Assembly: GCA_963706575.1 (NCBI GenBank)
Contig: CAVPNL010000018.1
Span: forward strand, 1 to 64,000
DNA: 64,000 nucleotides
Direction: 5' to 3'
From: an uncultured delta proteobacterium
GTDB lineage: Bacteria > Desulfobacterota > Desulfobacteria > Desulfobacterales > JAHEIW01
The position numbers were made by a program, and so were the translations under genes. This document shows, in pieces, positions 12,431 to 23,678 of this stretch. The notes under the pieces are model-generated. The model searched no databases and was not told the DNA's origin. It saw only the letters and a program-made list of their open reading frames with translations. Position 1 is the first letter of the stretch. The number at the start of each line of letters is the position of its first letter.

Positions 12431-12433
12431 TGC

Positions 12434-13471
12434 TCATAGCGGGTACGGAATAGGAATTAAACCGGCGGTTTCCTCGATATCCAACATTATGTTCATATTT
12501 TGAACCGCCTGGCCGGCGGCGCCCTTTACCAGATTATCAATGGCGGAAATGAGGATAAGGCGATGCGTGCGTTTATCCAGTACAAATCCGATGTCGCAAT
12601 AATTGCTGCCTTTCACATGTAACGTATCGGGCATGCGTCCTTGCTCGCACAAGCGGATAAAAGCGTGATCTGAATAGGCGGCCGCCAAGCAGTTTCGAAT
12701 ATCTTTGGCTTTTACCCCTTTGACCGGGGTGGCATAAATGGTGGTGAGCATTCCACGGCTCATCGGAATCAGGTGTGGTACGAATGTCAGCTGAACCGTC
12801 TGTTCGGCCTCCCGGCTCAGGATGGCATCCATTTCGGCATTGTGGCGATGACTGGCGACCTTGTAAGCCTTAAAAGATTCATTTACTTCACAGAAATGGC
12901 TGGTTAACGACAGCGATCTTCCTGCACCCGACACCCCTGATTTTGAATCGACAATCAGGGTGTTTAGATCCAAAAAGCCGGCTTTCACCAACGGAATCAA
13001 CGGCAGCAAGGCACTGGTGGGGTAACATCCCGGATTGCCGATCAGAACGGCGGATCGGATGGCTTCAAAATATATTTCACTTAAGCCGTAAACGGCTCTT
13101 TCGAGCAAGTCCCCTGCAGTATGCGGTTGGTAGGCAGACGCATACACAGCGGCATCATTAAATCGAAAATCAGCCGACAGATCCACCACGCGAACATTGC
13201 GCTTGATAAATTTCGGAACAAGCGTCATCGGTAATTGATGCGGCAGAGCCAAAAATACGATGTCCGCTTTATCGCAGACCTGTTCGACCACCAGTTCCGC
13301 ACAGGCCAAATTTACGCGCCCGGCCATGGCCGGGTAGACAGCATCAAATTTAACGCCGGCAAATTGCCGGGAAGTCAAAATGGTTAATTCCACCCGAGGA
13401 TGCCCGCTAAGAATTCTGACCAGTTCAGCCCCGGCATAACCGGTGGCACCCACAATTCCAACCCGTGTCAT
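12434..13471 (-). CDS. argC: N-acetyl-gamma-glutamyl-phosphate reductase
   Basis: GATGYAG, DLSADFR, NPGCYPT, SGVSGAG, DNLVKGAAGQAVQ. Confidence 0.97.
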   Translation of the reverse strand: MTRVGIVGATGYAGAELVRILSGHPRVELTILTSRQFAGVKFDAVYPAMAGRVNLACAELVVEQVCDKADIVFLALPHQLPMTLVPKFIKRNVRVVDLSADFRFNDAAVYASAYQPHTAGDLLERAVYGLSEIYFEAIRSAVLIGNPGCYPTSALLPLIPLVKAGFLDLNTLIVDSKSGVSGAGRSLSLTSHFCEVNESFKAYKVASHRHNAEMDAILSREAEQTVQLTFVPHLIPMSRGMLTTIYATPVKGVKAKDIRNCLAAAYSDHAFIRLCEQGRMPDTLHVKGSNYCDIGFVLDKRTHRLILISAIDNLVKGAAGQAVQNMNIMLDIEETAGLIPIPYPL

Positions 13472-13698
13472 AAAATCCCCCAAGGACTGCTATTTTTCCG
13501 GAATCTTGAAAGGCACGAACAAATTTTAACCTAAATTGATCGTTTCAAATTTAAGCTTAGATTCTTAACAGATAAAAGCGTTTCCTTCAAGGAGATTTGC
13601 CCGGGACAAATTGATGGTCGGGTTTGCCGCGGAGGGCTGAAAGACGGGGCTGCCCGGCGTAGTCCGTCAGAGCGGCACCAAAGTAAGGGAATTGCTGA

Positions 13699-14499
13699 TC
13701 ACAAGGATTTGCAGGTGGTATCTTCCAGAACAACTACCCAACCGGCTTTCCCTCCGGAAAGCAAGACGGCCGATACTGTGATACGGATGGGTCGATCCTG
13801 AAAATCTGCCAGAAAACTAATATTGGTACTTTCAGGCAGCTGGAATACCTGCTTGAGTGCGTCACCCAGCTTTGGCCTTGCCGAAGCGGGGAATATGTCA
13901 AGCACCGGGCTGTTGAGAACTTCTGTCGGAGATCGACCCACAATCTCAAAAGCAATCGCGTTGGTTTTAACAATTCGCGTATCCGTGTCGACCACAACAA
14001 CGCCAACTCCCATGCTTTCGATAACGGCCTGATGAAACTTCAGGACCTGCAACAATTCCACGGCGTCGCGCCGGGGGTAAACACCGCCGGTTTTCATTAT
14101 TTTCATTTCACCGGGCGTAAATTCGGCCTGGGTTTCGATTTCGGCCATAAACTGGTTCAACTGAACGGTCAGCTTGTCAATCGGTCCTTTGGCCATATAA
14201 TAATCGGCGCCGATTTCACCGAGGACGCCGAGTTGTTCGACCATCACGCCAGATATGGCAACAATCGGAAAATGATTGGGCCCATATTTGCAACGCACGA
14301 AATCAATGAATTGACTCCCATCGACTTTAGGCATCACCAGATCCACAAACATAATATCGTGGGGATTGTCCGACAGTTTGGATATGCCATCTTTGCCGTC
14401 GTAGGCTTTGGTGACCGCGTATCCACGCTTTTCGAGCAGTTCGGCGACAAACTCTACAAAAAAATAATCCGAATCCACAACCAACGCTTTTTTAGACAT
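13699..14499 (-). CDS. Receiver (REC) plus PAS domain protein with no output domain
   Basis: LVVDSD, FVDLVMPKVDG, AKGP receiver motifs; C-terminal PAS-like region. Confidence 0.85.
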   Translation of the reverse strand: MSKKALVVDSDYFFVEFVAELLEKRGYAVTKAYDGKDGISKLSDNPHDIMFVDLVMPKVDGSQFIDFVRCKYGPNHFPIVAISGVMVEQLGVLGEIGADYYMAKGPIDKLTVQLNQFMAEIETQAEFTPGEMKIMKTGGVYPRRDAVELLQVLKFHQAVIESMGVGVVVVDTDTRIVKTNAIAFEIVGRSPTEVLNSPVLDIFPASARPKLGDALKQVFQLPESTNISFLADFQDRPIRITVSAVLLSGGKAGWVVVLEDTTCKSL

Positions 14500-14517
14500 C
14501 GTTTACCTCTTTTGGGT

Positions 14518-16926
14518 TTACTCTATACAGACCCGGCGGACTTCACGCATATCGGTGATCCCCTCAAAAACCTTATGGACACCGTCCTGCTTCAGAGTGG
14601 TCATTCCGTCTTTAATGGCCTGTTTTGACAGATCCTGTGAGGTGGCCTGCTTTTTGATCAACATTTTAATTTCGGGCGTGCCCTCGATGAGTTCATGAAT
14701 GCCCAGCCGCCCTTTATAGCCGGATCCATTACATTTTTCACAGCCCAAAGACCGTTTGAGCTCAAAGGCGGAAGTATTCTCCACACCCAGTTTTTTAAAG
14801 GCCTTTTCCCCGTAATCTGCGATGATATAGTCAAATTCCTCCTGGTCGGGGTGGTAGGTTTCGATGCAATCGGCGCATAATCTTCTAACAAGCCGCTGCG
14901 CCAGCACCGCCAGAAAGGAATCGGAAATGTTCAGCGGGTTCATTCCCATATCCAGCAGCCGGGTTAAGGTCTCGGGGGCATTGTTGGTATGCAGGGTGGA
15001 TAGCACCAGATGGCCGGTTAAGGAAGCCTCAATCGCTGTTGCGGCCGTTTCGCGGTCCCGCATTTCACCGATCATGATAACATCCGGGTCAAGTCTCAGA
15101 AAGCCTCGCATGATCCTCGCAAAATCCAATCCAATTTTAGGTTTCACCTGCACCTGCCGCAATCCGGCCTGGGTAATTTCGACCGGATCCTCCGCGGTCC
15201 ATATTTTGATATTGGGTTTGTTGACTTCCGCCAGGGCCGAATGCAACGTCGTGGTTTTACCTGAACCGGTAGGCCCCACACAAAGAATTAAACCATAGGG
15301 TCGCTGGATAGACCGTTGTAAAACGTCCAAATTCCGATCACTCAGTCCAATTTCATCCAATTTGAGCGTTCCGGATTTGGTCAGAATTCGCAACACGGCG
15401 TCCTCAAATCTGCCGGCCGTCGGCATGGTGGACATGCGAAGTTCAAATTCGGGTATGCCCTTGCGCTTTAAGCGAATTTTCCCGTCCTGGGGCAGACGTC
15501 GTTCGGCGATGTCAAGATCAGCCATTATTTTCAGGCGCGAAACAATTGCCGGCGCCATGGCATTGGGAACCTGAATATATTCATGGCAGACCCCATCGGT
15601 TCGAAATCGAATCGTGGTTTTGCGGGTGATGATAGAAGGTTCAACATGGATATCGGAGGCTTTGTTGCGATATGCGGTCACCAGAACCTGATCCACGAAC
15701 TTGACCACCTGGCTGGAGGATTCATCCAAGGCTTTAACATCATCTTCAATTTCTTCCTCTTCTTCAAAAGAAATATCCGGAATGATATCATCCAGATCAT
15801 CAAAGACATTATCCGACAGGGATTCGGCTTTGGGATCGAAGAAATGGTTGATGAACTTTTCAATATCTTCTTTGAATCCCACCGCAAAATTGATTTTCTG
15901 GTTGGGCATCAGGGCTTTGATATGATCTGTTTTGCGAAGATCATGAGGATCATCAACCAAGATCTCAACACCGCTTTTATCCCAGTCCAACGGCACCCAC
16001 ACATAATAAAGCAAAAAGGATTTTTTCAGCTTGTTGATGAGCTCAAACGGAACCGCAATTTCCAGATCAAACTTGCGAAAAGGGGCCCCATAAAACAAGG
16101 ACAGGGATTTGCCCACATCGTCCTGTTCGAGGTTAAACCGATCTGTCAAAACGAATTCAACGCTCTTGCCGATTTTTTTGGAAATCGCCAAAGCCTCCTG
16201 GAGCTGGTTGGTGGTGACCATTTCATTGCGAAGCAAATAGTCGTATTTCGAACCGGTTGAGATGTCGGATTGTAGGGTTTCCAGTTTCTTTGAAATTTCC
16301 GCATTATTGGGATCGATTTTGAAAGCGTTCTCAAAGAGCTCGAACGCCGGGTCGCGCTGATCCATTTTTTCCATCTCACAGCCCAACCAGAATTGAATCT
16401 GAGCATTTTCTTTGTCAGACAAACTGTACTGGTAAATAACTTTATAAGCTTTTTTAACAACTTCCCGGGCCTGTTCGGTCTGCAGCAGGCAGGTCAAATA
16501 ATCGATCACAATCTGGGTCGGAGAGTAATCCAGCTTAGAGTAATCCGATTTTGCAAAATCAAACTGCATCAGCTTTTCATATTCAGCCGCGGCCTCGTCG
16601 ATCAATCCAAGCTCTTTCAGAGCACGGGCGCCATCGAGAATGGTCGGCACATCATCCGTCAAAGGCAGATTTTTTTTAAAAAGGGTTATTTCTTCGTCAC
16701 TTAGAGGCTGGTTTTCATTGGTCTTTCGGATCTCGCGTTCCTTGCGTAACTGATTTATTTTACTTGTAATATCCCCATTGCCATCAATCTCCTGATCGGG
16801 TGAAAGAGAGAGCACTGTTTCGTATAAGGAGAGTGCCTCATCTATCATTCCCATGGAATAACAGGTCTCGGCCTCTTTTATTTTTAGTTTGATATCTGTT
16901 TGTCCCACCGGCTGCGTTTTACTCAT
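14518..16926 (-). CDS. GspE/PilB-family ATPase with N-terminal TPR-like repeats
   Basis: GPTGSGKT, EDPVE, MIGEMRD, TGHLVLSTLH, CxxC...CxxC; helical TPR-like N-terminus; start uncertain (16926 or 16977). Confidence 0.9.
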   Translation of the reverse strand: MSKTQPVGQTDIKLKIKEAETCYSMGMIDEALSLYETVLSLSPDQEIDGNGDITSKINQLRKEREIRKTNENQPLSDEEITLFKKNLPLTDDVPTILDGARALKELGLIDEAAAEYEKLMQFDFAKSDYSKLDYSPTQIVIDYLTCLLQTEQAREVVKKAYKVIYQYSLSDKENAQIQFWLGCEMEKMDQRDPAFELFENAFKIDPNNAEISKKLETLQSDISTGSKYDYLLRNEMVTTNQLQEALAISKKIGKSVEFVLTDRFNLEQDDVGKSLSLFYGAPFRKFDLEIAVPFELINKLKKSFLLYYVWVPLDWDKSGVEILVDDPHDLRKTDHIKALMPNQKINFAVGFKEDIEKFINHFFDPKAESLSDNVFDDLDDIIPDISFEEEEEIEDDVKALDESSSQVVKFVDQVLVTAYRNKASDIHVEPSIITRKTTIRFRTDGVCHEYIQVPNAMAPAIVSRLKIMADLDIAERRLPQDGKIRLKRKGIPEFELRMSTMPTAGRFEDAVLRILTKSGTLKLDEIGLSDRNLDVLQRSIQRPYGLILCVGPTGSGKTTTLHSALAEVNKPNIKIWTAEDPVEITQAGLRQVQVKPKIGLDFARIMRGFLRLDPDVIMIGEMRDRETAATAIEASLTGHLVLSTLHTNNAPETLTRLLDMGMNPLNISDSFLAVLAQRLVRRLCADCIETYHPDQEEFDYIIADYGEKAFKKLGVENTSAFELKRSLGCEKCNGSGYKGRLGIHELIEGTPEIKMLIKKQATSQDLSKQAIKDGMTTLKQDGVHKVFEGITDMREVRRVCIE

Positions 16927-17088
16927 AATTGGTAACCCCGACCCTTTAGCAGTATGGATATTATTCTGGAATATCACGGATTCTTAAATGATTGCTCATT
17001 TTAGGAGAACGTTAGCACCTATTGATCAACTTCTAGAGGGGGTTTTGGTCCGTCAAAAGGTAAAACATCCCCATGAAACCCATTAGGT

Positions 17089-17116
17089 CTATCGGTTGCT
17101 TTTAAAAAAAACTTTA
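17089..17116 (-). promoter_or_regulatory. Possible sigma28-type promoter for the PilB-like gene
   Basis: TAAAGTTT-N12-ACCGATAG (spacer one base longer than consensus). Confidence 0.45.
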
Positions 17117-17202
17117 GGGGGTTAACGACAATTTAGAGCCTGACTGGAGATGGGTTGCGGCAGAGCCCGATTGATTTAGAACAACTTGATTCGGCATGAA
17201 AC

Positions 17203-17230
17203 TTGACAGATTTTTTTTTCCATCTATAAT
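17203..17230 (+). promoter_or_regulatory. sigma70 promoter for the FmdB-like gene
   Basis: TTGACA-N16-TATAAT. Confidence 0.7.
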
Positions 17231-17271
17231 TTGATGAATAGGGTCTAAAACCATGCTTCAAGGGAGTCATA

Positions 17272-17586
17272 ATGCCAATATATGAATATGAACATGCGGG
17301 TCGCCCGTGTAAATTGGGAAAAGTGTTCGATTTTAAACAGTCATTAGCTGATGACCCGCTGGTGAAATGTCCCGAGTGCAGCAGAGCTGTAAAAAAAATC
17401 ATTTCTCAAATCAGTATCAGCTGCCCCAAATCCAATGGCGAGCTCCGCGACCTTGGTTTCACCAAACTGGTAAAGCGTGACGATGGTGTCTATGAAAATG
17501 TAACGGCCCGTGACGGTGATAGCCGATATATGGAGCGGGGCAAACCACAAACCATACCGGATTTGAGTAAAACCATCGGGGATTAA
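17272..17586 (+). CDS. FmdB-family zinc-ribbon protein
   Basis: MPIYEY start, CPEC motif, GGGAG SD. Confidence 0.85.
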   Translation: MPIYEYEHAGRPCKLGKVFDFKQSLADDPLVKCPECSRAVKKIISQISISCPKSNGELRDLGFTKLVKRDDGVYENVTARDGDSRYMERGKPQTIPDLSKTIGD

Positions 17587-17611
17587 AATTCAAAAGCGAA
17601 GCTTTTGAATT

Positions 17612-19075
17612 TTATTTGGTTAGCTTCGCCACTAAAAATCCGGCGTTTTTTCGTCGGATGAACAGGTTAACGGGGTCACCTGAAGAGAGTTTCCCCAATA
17701 TAGCCTGATAATCTCCTGTATTCTTTACCGATTGACGGTTAATCTCCTTGATAATATCACCAACCCGGACACCGGCATCATCTCCTTTGCTGCCGCTTTC
17801 GACATGGGTGACAATAACACCGGACGTTTCATCCATATTGAATTGCTGCATAATTTCAGGTTTTAAATCCGACACACGGATTCCAAATTCTTCCGCCTGC
17901 TCTTTGGGCCTGGCTCTGGCAGCCAGTTTGTCCTCAGTACGTCTGGCGATTTTGACGGTGACTGTTTTTTCTTTGCCATCGCGCAGTATTTTTATCTTGG
18001 CACTATCACCGACAGAAATCCGGGCGATCATGCCGGTGAGCTGACGGCTGGTTTTAATCGTTTCACCATTTACTTCAAGAATAATGTCCTTGGCTTTAAT
18101 GCCGGCCATGTCTGCCGGATCGCCTTCAAAAACATCGGCGACAAATACACCTTTTTTATCCTCAATGCCATAATATTCGGCCATATCACCGTTCAAGTCC
18201 TGAATAGCGACACCGAGCCATCCCCGGGTGACTTCGCCTTCGTTTTTGAGCGCCATGATGATATCCTTGGCAAGATTAATGGGAATCGCAAAACCGATTC
18301 CCTGGCCGCTGGCAACAATCGCCGTATTGATGCCGATCACCTCTCCTTTTAAATTTAGCAGCGGCCCGCCGCTATTGCCGGGATTGATGGACGCATCGGT
18401 TTGGATAAAATCATCATAAGGACCCGATCCGATTACCCGGCCTTTGGCACTGACAATCCCAGCCGTTACCGTGTGCTCAAGCCCAAAGGGGCTTCCGATG
18501 GCAACGACCCATTGGCCAACTTTGAGGGCATCAGAATCCCCCAGCTTTATGGTCGGGAGGTTCTGGTCCGACTCTATCTTTAGCAGGGCAAGGTCCGTAT
18601 TGGGGTCCCGCCCCACAATTTTTGCATCGAATTCGCGTTCATCTTTAAGTTTGACCTTGATTTGATCTGCGTCTTCGATGACATGGTTGTTGGTCACGAC
18701 AAAGCCATCTTCGTCGATGATGAATCCGGATCCAAGGCTGGGCTGTTTGAATTCCCGCTGCATTTCTTCGCCAAAATAGCGTTCAAAAAATTCTTTAAAA
18801 GGGCTATTTTCCCCGCGGGGGTCGCGCTGGAATTGGCGAAAAACCGGTCCCCCCCCTTTGATGGTCTTTACGGTTCGAATATTGACGACCGCCGGGCTGG
18901 CCATCTCCGCCAATTGGTTGAAACTGGCAGGTGCATTGAAATATTCTGTTGATTTGGCATCCGCAATCGGTCCGAAGAAATGATGATCGATAACCATCAT
19001 TCCAGCGACCAGGGCAATCGTGATAAAAATGAGGTTGATCCTGATAAATTTTTTAACCATTTTATGGGCACCCAT
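17612..19075 (-). CDS. degP: Do/DegQ family periplasmic serine protease with two PDZ domains
   Basis: TNNHV, DLAL, IQTDASINPGNSGGPL; ATG after AGGAG. Confidence 0.93.
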   Translation of the reverse strand: MGAHKMVKKFIRINLIFITIALVAGMMVIDHHFFGPIADAKSTEYFNAPASFNQLAEMASPAVVNIRTVKTIKGGGPVFRQFQRDPRGENSPFKEFFERYFGEEMQREFKQPSLGSGFIIDEDGFVVTNNHVIEDADQIKVKLKDEREFDAKIVGRDPNTDLALLKIESDQNLPTIKLGDSDALKVGQWVVAIGSPFGLEHTVTAGIVSAKGRVIGSGPYDDFIQTDASINPGNSGGPLLNLKGEVIGINTAIVASGQGIGFAIPINLAKDIIMALKNEGEVTRGWLGVAIQDLNGDMAEYYGIEDKKGVFVADVFEGDPADMAGIKAKDIILEVNGETIKTSRQLTGMIARISVGDSAKIKILRDGKEKTVTVKIARRTEDKLAARARPKEQAEEFGIRVSDLKPEIMQQFNMDETSGVIVTHVESGSKGDDAGVRVGDIIKEINRQSVKNTGDYQAILGKLSSGDPVNLFIRRKNAGFLVAKLTK

Positions 19076-19616
19076 AAATGTTTCTCCTTTCAAGAAGGCA
19101 GAAATGCAAATCCAAATCGTATCGTTTTACTCCATATAAGATACTACCACCCGCAGCGGTGATCTGCAGAAGCAGCTGGATGAATTGGATGACTCTCAAT
19201 TTAGCTGACTACTTCCCTTGCAAAACTGCAATTTATGTATTAAAGTTCGTAAAAATTAATCCGAATGGCCGGTATACAGAAGATAAATCTATTTTTCATT
19301 TTTTCCATATTTTAGCAAATAAAATTTCCAGGATTTTTTTCTCAGGGTTACTTATAATGGAATAATGTCTGTTTTCCCTGCCTGTTCTGCCATCCCTCGA
19401 CGTATAGGCTATTGATAACGCTAAAAAGAAGGCATGGTTCAGCCTTGACATCAGCGCTTTGTTTTTTTATAGCCACTTTCTTAAAACCAGATGGCTCTGA
19501 GTTTGGGGCTTTGCCCCAACCTGTCGAGAGCCTCAAGGTCGTGCGATTGGAAGGGTGAAATACTGGAATATTGGAAAAATGGGCCCTGCAAAATACCAGA
19601 AAGGGAGAATCCCGAG

Positions 19617-20552
19617 ATGATTCAGGTTGAAAACCTTACCAAATATTATCATGCGCTTTGCGCGGTGGATCAGATTAACTTCGATATTCAAAAAGGCGAA
19701 ATTTTGGGACTGCTGGGACCCAATGGAGCGGGAAAAACCACCACCCTGCGGATGCTCACCGGATATTTGCAGCCGAGTTCCGGAAATATCCATGTTAAAG
19801 GATTAAGCGTTGATACGCACATCCTGGAAATCAAAAAAATATTGGGCTACCTGCCCGAATCTGCCCCGCTTTACCATGATATGCTGGTCTATGACTACCT
19901 GAACTATGTCGCAGCTATCCGGGAGATCAAGGGCGATCAAAAGCTTGGGCGCATACGCCGCCTTGCGGATCTGTGCGCCATAAATGAAGTTATGCATCAG
20001 CCGATTGGCGAGCTTTCCAAAGGCTACAAACAACGTGTGGGATTGGCCCAGGCCATGATGAATGACCCGGAAGTTCTCGTTTTAGATGAACCGACTTCGG
20101 GTCTCGACCCCAATCAGATCGTAGAAATTCGTAAAATTATCAAAGAGATCGGCAAAGAAAAAACCATCATCCTTTCAACCCACATCCTCAGTGAAGCCGA
20201 GGCGACCTGTGACCGCATCGTCATCATCAGCCAGGGCAAAATTGTTGCTGACGGCAGCACCGAAAGCCTGAAGCGGTCCGCCGGCGGTAAAAAAATTATG
20301 TATCTAAGTCTTCAAAATGCAGACTTTGAAACCCTGCAAAAATCTTTAGCGGACATCAATGGGATTGAAAATGTTAGCCATATCTCTGAAACCGATAGCG
20401 TTTTAAACGTTAGGCTCGCCTACCAGTCAACAAATGACCTGCGGCCGGATGTCTATCGCAAGATTAAAGAAACCGATTGGATCCTTATAGATTTTCATCA
20501 GGAGACCCAGTCACTGGAAAATATTTTCCGCGAACTGACCAAGGAGAGCTGA
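19617..20552 (+). CDS. ABC transporter ATP-binding protein (GldA-like)
   Basis: GPNGAGKT, LSKGYKQRVG, LDEPTSGLDP; start MIQVENL after GGGAG. Confidence 0.92.
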   Translation: MIQVENLTKYYHALCAVDQINFDIQKGEILGLLGPNGAGKTTTLRMLTGYLQPSSGNIHVKGLSVDTHILEIKKILGYLPESAPLYHDMLVYDYLNYVAAIREIKGDQKLGRIRRLADLCAINEVMHQPIGELSKGYKQRVGLAQAMMNDPEVLVLDEPTSGLDPNQIVEIRKIIKEIGKEKTIILSTHILSEAEATCDRIVIISQGKIVADGSTESLKRSAGGKKIMYLSLQNADFETLQKSLADINGIENVSHISETDSVLNVRLAYQSTNDLRPDVYRKIKETDWILIDFHQETQSLENIFRELTKES

Positions 20553-20553
20553 C

Positions 20554-21258
20554 ATGCGACAGGTTGTCCATATTTTCCGCAAAGAATTCAGCGCGTATTT
20601 TGTTTCGCCGATTGCTTATATTGTCATTGCCATATTTCTGCTGATAACCGGCTGGTTCTTTTTCGCAACCTTTTTTCTTTTTAATCAGGCCAATTTGAGA
20701 GCATTTTACGCCCTGCTGCCGATTGTATTTGCTTTCGTCATTCCGGCAATCACCATGCGGTTGATATCCGAAGAAATCAATGTGGGCTCCGATGAAATCC
20801 TGCTGACCATGCCGGTGACCTTCCGTGATGTTATCCTCGGTAAATTTCTAGCCAGCGTCGCCCTGGTCGGTGCCATGATGATCCCAACGGTAGCCTATCC
20901 GCTAACGGTTTCTTTCATGGGACAGCTGGACTGGGGTCCGGTGGTCGGTGGATATGTCGGTGCCGTTTTTCTGGGAGCGGCTTTTTCTGCTGTCGGCTTG
21001 TTTGCCTCAGCACTCACCCGCAATCAGATCATTGCATTTATCATCGGATTGGCGATCTGCTTTATGCTGACCCTGATCGATAAAATGCTTTATTTTCTGC
21101 CGCAGTCAATGCTGGCGGTTTTTGCGTATCTGGGGGCTGACTTCCATTTTCAAAACATCGCCAAGGGTATTATCGATAGCCGAGACATTCTGTATTTTGT
21201 AAGCATCTGCTTTGTAGGCCTTTACGGAGCTTATCTGGCGCTGCTGCACAGACATTAA
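20554..21258 (+). CDS. ABC-2 type permease (GldF-like)
   Basis: YFxSPIAY, PAITMRL, GIIDSRDILYF; about six TM helices. Confidence 0.9.
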   Translation: MRQVVHIFRKEFSAYFVSPIAYIVIAIFLLITGWFFFATFFLFNQANLRAFYALLPIVFAFVIPAITMRLISEEINVGSDEILLTMPVTFRDVILGKFLASVALVGAMMIPTVAYPLTVSFMGQLDWGPVVGGYVGAVFLGAAFSAVGLFASALTRNQIIAFIIGLAICFMLTLIDKMLYFLPQSMLAVFAYLGADFHFQNIAKGIIDSRDILYFVSICFVGLYGAYLALLHRH

Positions 21259-21268
21259 GGAGAATAAA

Positions 21269-23540
21269 ATGCCGGGTAAAAAAAGATCGGAGAAATACAT
21301 TAAATTTTTGATCTATTTGGTTGTCGTCGTCCTGGTAAATGTGGTGGGCATCACCCTATTTTTCAGAATGGATCTGACCGCCAACAGGATGTATTCAATT
21401 TCCAATGCCAGCAAAAAAGTGGTATCCACACTTTCCGAACCACTGACCATTAAGGTCTTTTTCACAAAAAACCTGCCGGCGCCCCACAATAATACCGAAC
21501 GCTACCTGCATGATATGCTGGAAGAATATGCTATTTATGCCAACAACCACTTTAATTACCACTTTTACGACGTCAGTGCCGAAGAAGGGGAATTGTCCGA
21601 AAAAAGCCAGGAAAACCAGAAACTCGCAAATAACTACGGAATTCATCCCATCCAGATTCAGGCCATTGAAAAGGATGAGGTCAAATTTCAACGGGCATAT
21701 ATGGGGATGGTCATCATCCACGGCGACTTGATTGAGCGCATTCCGACCATAACCACAACCGAAGGACTGGAATACAAACTGACAACCACCATCCAGAAGC
21801 TAAATAATAAAATAAGCGCTTTGCTGGGCCTGAAGGATAAAATGCAAATCAAACTTTATTTGTCATCATCCCTTCACCAGATGGCTCCCTATATCGGTCT
21901 GAAACGGCTTTCTCAAATCCCCGATGAGGTGGAAAAAATTGTCGCAGAGCTAAATCAAAAAAATTACGATAAGCTCCAATTCGAATTTTTTGATCTTGCG
22001 GCGGATGAGGAACGGGAGGCCGCCATTAAAAAGTACAATATCATGAGTGTCAAATGGCCGGCCCTGGCCAAAGGAGCGGTTCCGCCAGGTCAAGGTGCCA
22101 TTGGCCTGGTCATGGAATTTGGCGAACGAGCTCTGGTGGACCCTCTGCTGCAGGTGATAAAGATTCCGATCATCGGCAACCAGTATAAATTGTCGACTGT
22201 CGAAGAAATGCGGGAAGTGATTGATAAAAATGTCGAAGCCCTGATCGATATCAATGAAGACCTGGGCTATCTTGCCGATCACGGAACACTGGATCTTAGC
22301 GGTGCTTCTGCTTTTGGCCAGGCGGCCCGTCAGAACCCGGATTCAGTATTGAATTTTCGAACGCTGATCTCGCAAAATTACACCTTAAAGCCGATCAATC
22401 TTCAGTCGCAGGCGATACCGGATAACCTCAAATCCATGGTCATCACCCGCCCCACCCTAGCCGTTTTCCGATTATGAGCTATTTCAACTCGACCAGTTTC
22501 TCATGAAGGGTAAAAACCTGATCTTAATTCTTGACCGCTTCCAGGCACTTCGGCCCGCTAATCAACAGGGTGCGGGGATGAGCGGCCAGCAACCGGTTTA
22601 TGTCCCGTTAGATACCGGGCTCGAGAAACTGTTGAGTCACTACGGGATCCGGATTAAAGATTCTTATGTCATGGACGAAAATTGCTTTCGCCAACAGTTA
22701 CCGGCTCAACTCGGCGGCGGCGAACGGCCGGTTTATTTCGCACCGATTATTAAAAGCCGGTTTATCAACAAAGAATTGGGGTTTATGAAAAGCATCAAAG
22801 GAATGATCGCGCTTAAGATATCACCACTGGAGTTGGACCCGGAACGCCTGAGCGCCAATGGTCTGACAGCCACCCGCCTGGTAGCTTCTTCGCAGAAATC
22901 TTGGGAGATGAGCGGACGAATTACATTGAATCCGATGTTCATTCAGCCGCCGTCCTCAAAGGAAGAGATGCAAAGCAAGCCACTGGCGTATATTCTGGCG
23001 GGTGAATTCCCGAGCTACTTTGCCGATAAACCCATCCCGGCAAAAGAAATCAACGGAAATGAGTCCGACAATCAAGACCCGGAATCTGCCGGGCAAAAAA
23101 AGCAAAACGAAACAGCCGCTTCGCAGTCTGAAATCGATCTTTCGAAAATCGTAACCGATGGTCAATACCTTGCCCGGGGCAAACCCGGCAAAATATTTTT
23201 AATGGCTTCAGCCGATATGCTGAAGGACAACGTGATGGATGCCGGTGGCAGGGGGCCTAACGCGACCTATATCCTGAATGTCATTGATTACCTCAATGAC
23301 CGCGAAGACATTGCCGTCATGCGCGGAAAAGAGCAGCGCTTCAACCCGCTCAATGATGCCAAAGCGGGAACAAAAACGTTTGTCAAAACATTGAATATCA
23401 TTGGCCTGCCTGCCCTGGTGGTGCTTTTCGGCATCGCGGTCTGGTTCCGACGGCATGGCCGTAAAAAGAATATTCAGATGATGTTTCAAAAGGTCATAGG
23501 TTCGGGATTGTGTTTAGGTTTAGGTTTTAGTGTTAGGTAA
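21269..23540 (+). CDS. GldG-like ABC auxiliary component, split by a +1 insertion near 22458
   Basis: RMDLT...YSIS N-terminus; deleting one base joins ORFs 21269-22477 and 22503-23540 into 756 aa (TRPTQPFSDYELFQLDQFLMKGK). Confidence 0.85.
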
Positions 23541-23660
23541 TACGAACATTGACGGTCTAGAATCTTCTGAACACAGTCATACTAATCACAAAACACCTGA
23601 ATCCATGACAACCATGATATTTGACTTGAGGAACCTTGACTTCAATATGAATCTTGAGCT
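23492..23660. repeat. Inverted degenerate 6-mer arrays overlapping the 3' end of the gldG-like gene
   Basis: GTCATAGGTTCGGGATTGTGTTTAGGTTTAGG pairs with CTAATCAC...CCTGAATCCATGAC; further arm AACCTT GACTTC AATATG AATCTT. Confidence 0.6.
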
Positions 23661-23678
23661 ACAGGAAAGAGCCGGAAA

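Noticed and set aside
19491..19616. 42-aa N-terminal extension of the GldA-like ATPase
   Set aside because: Repeat-derived; a good SD and ATG are present at 19617.
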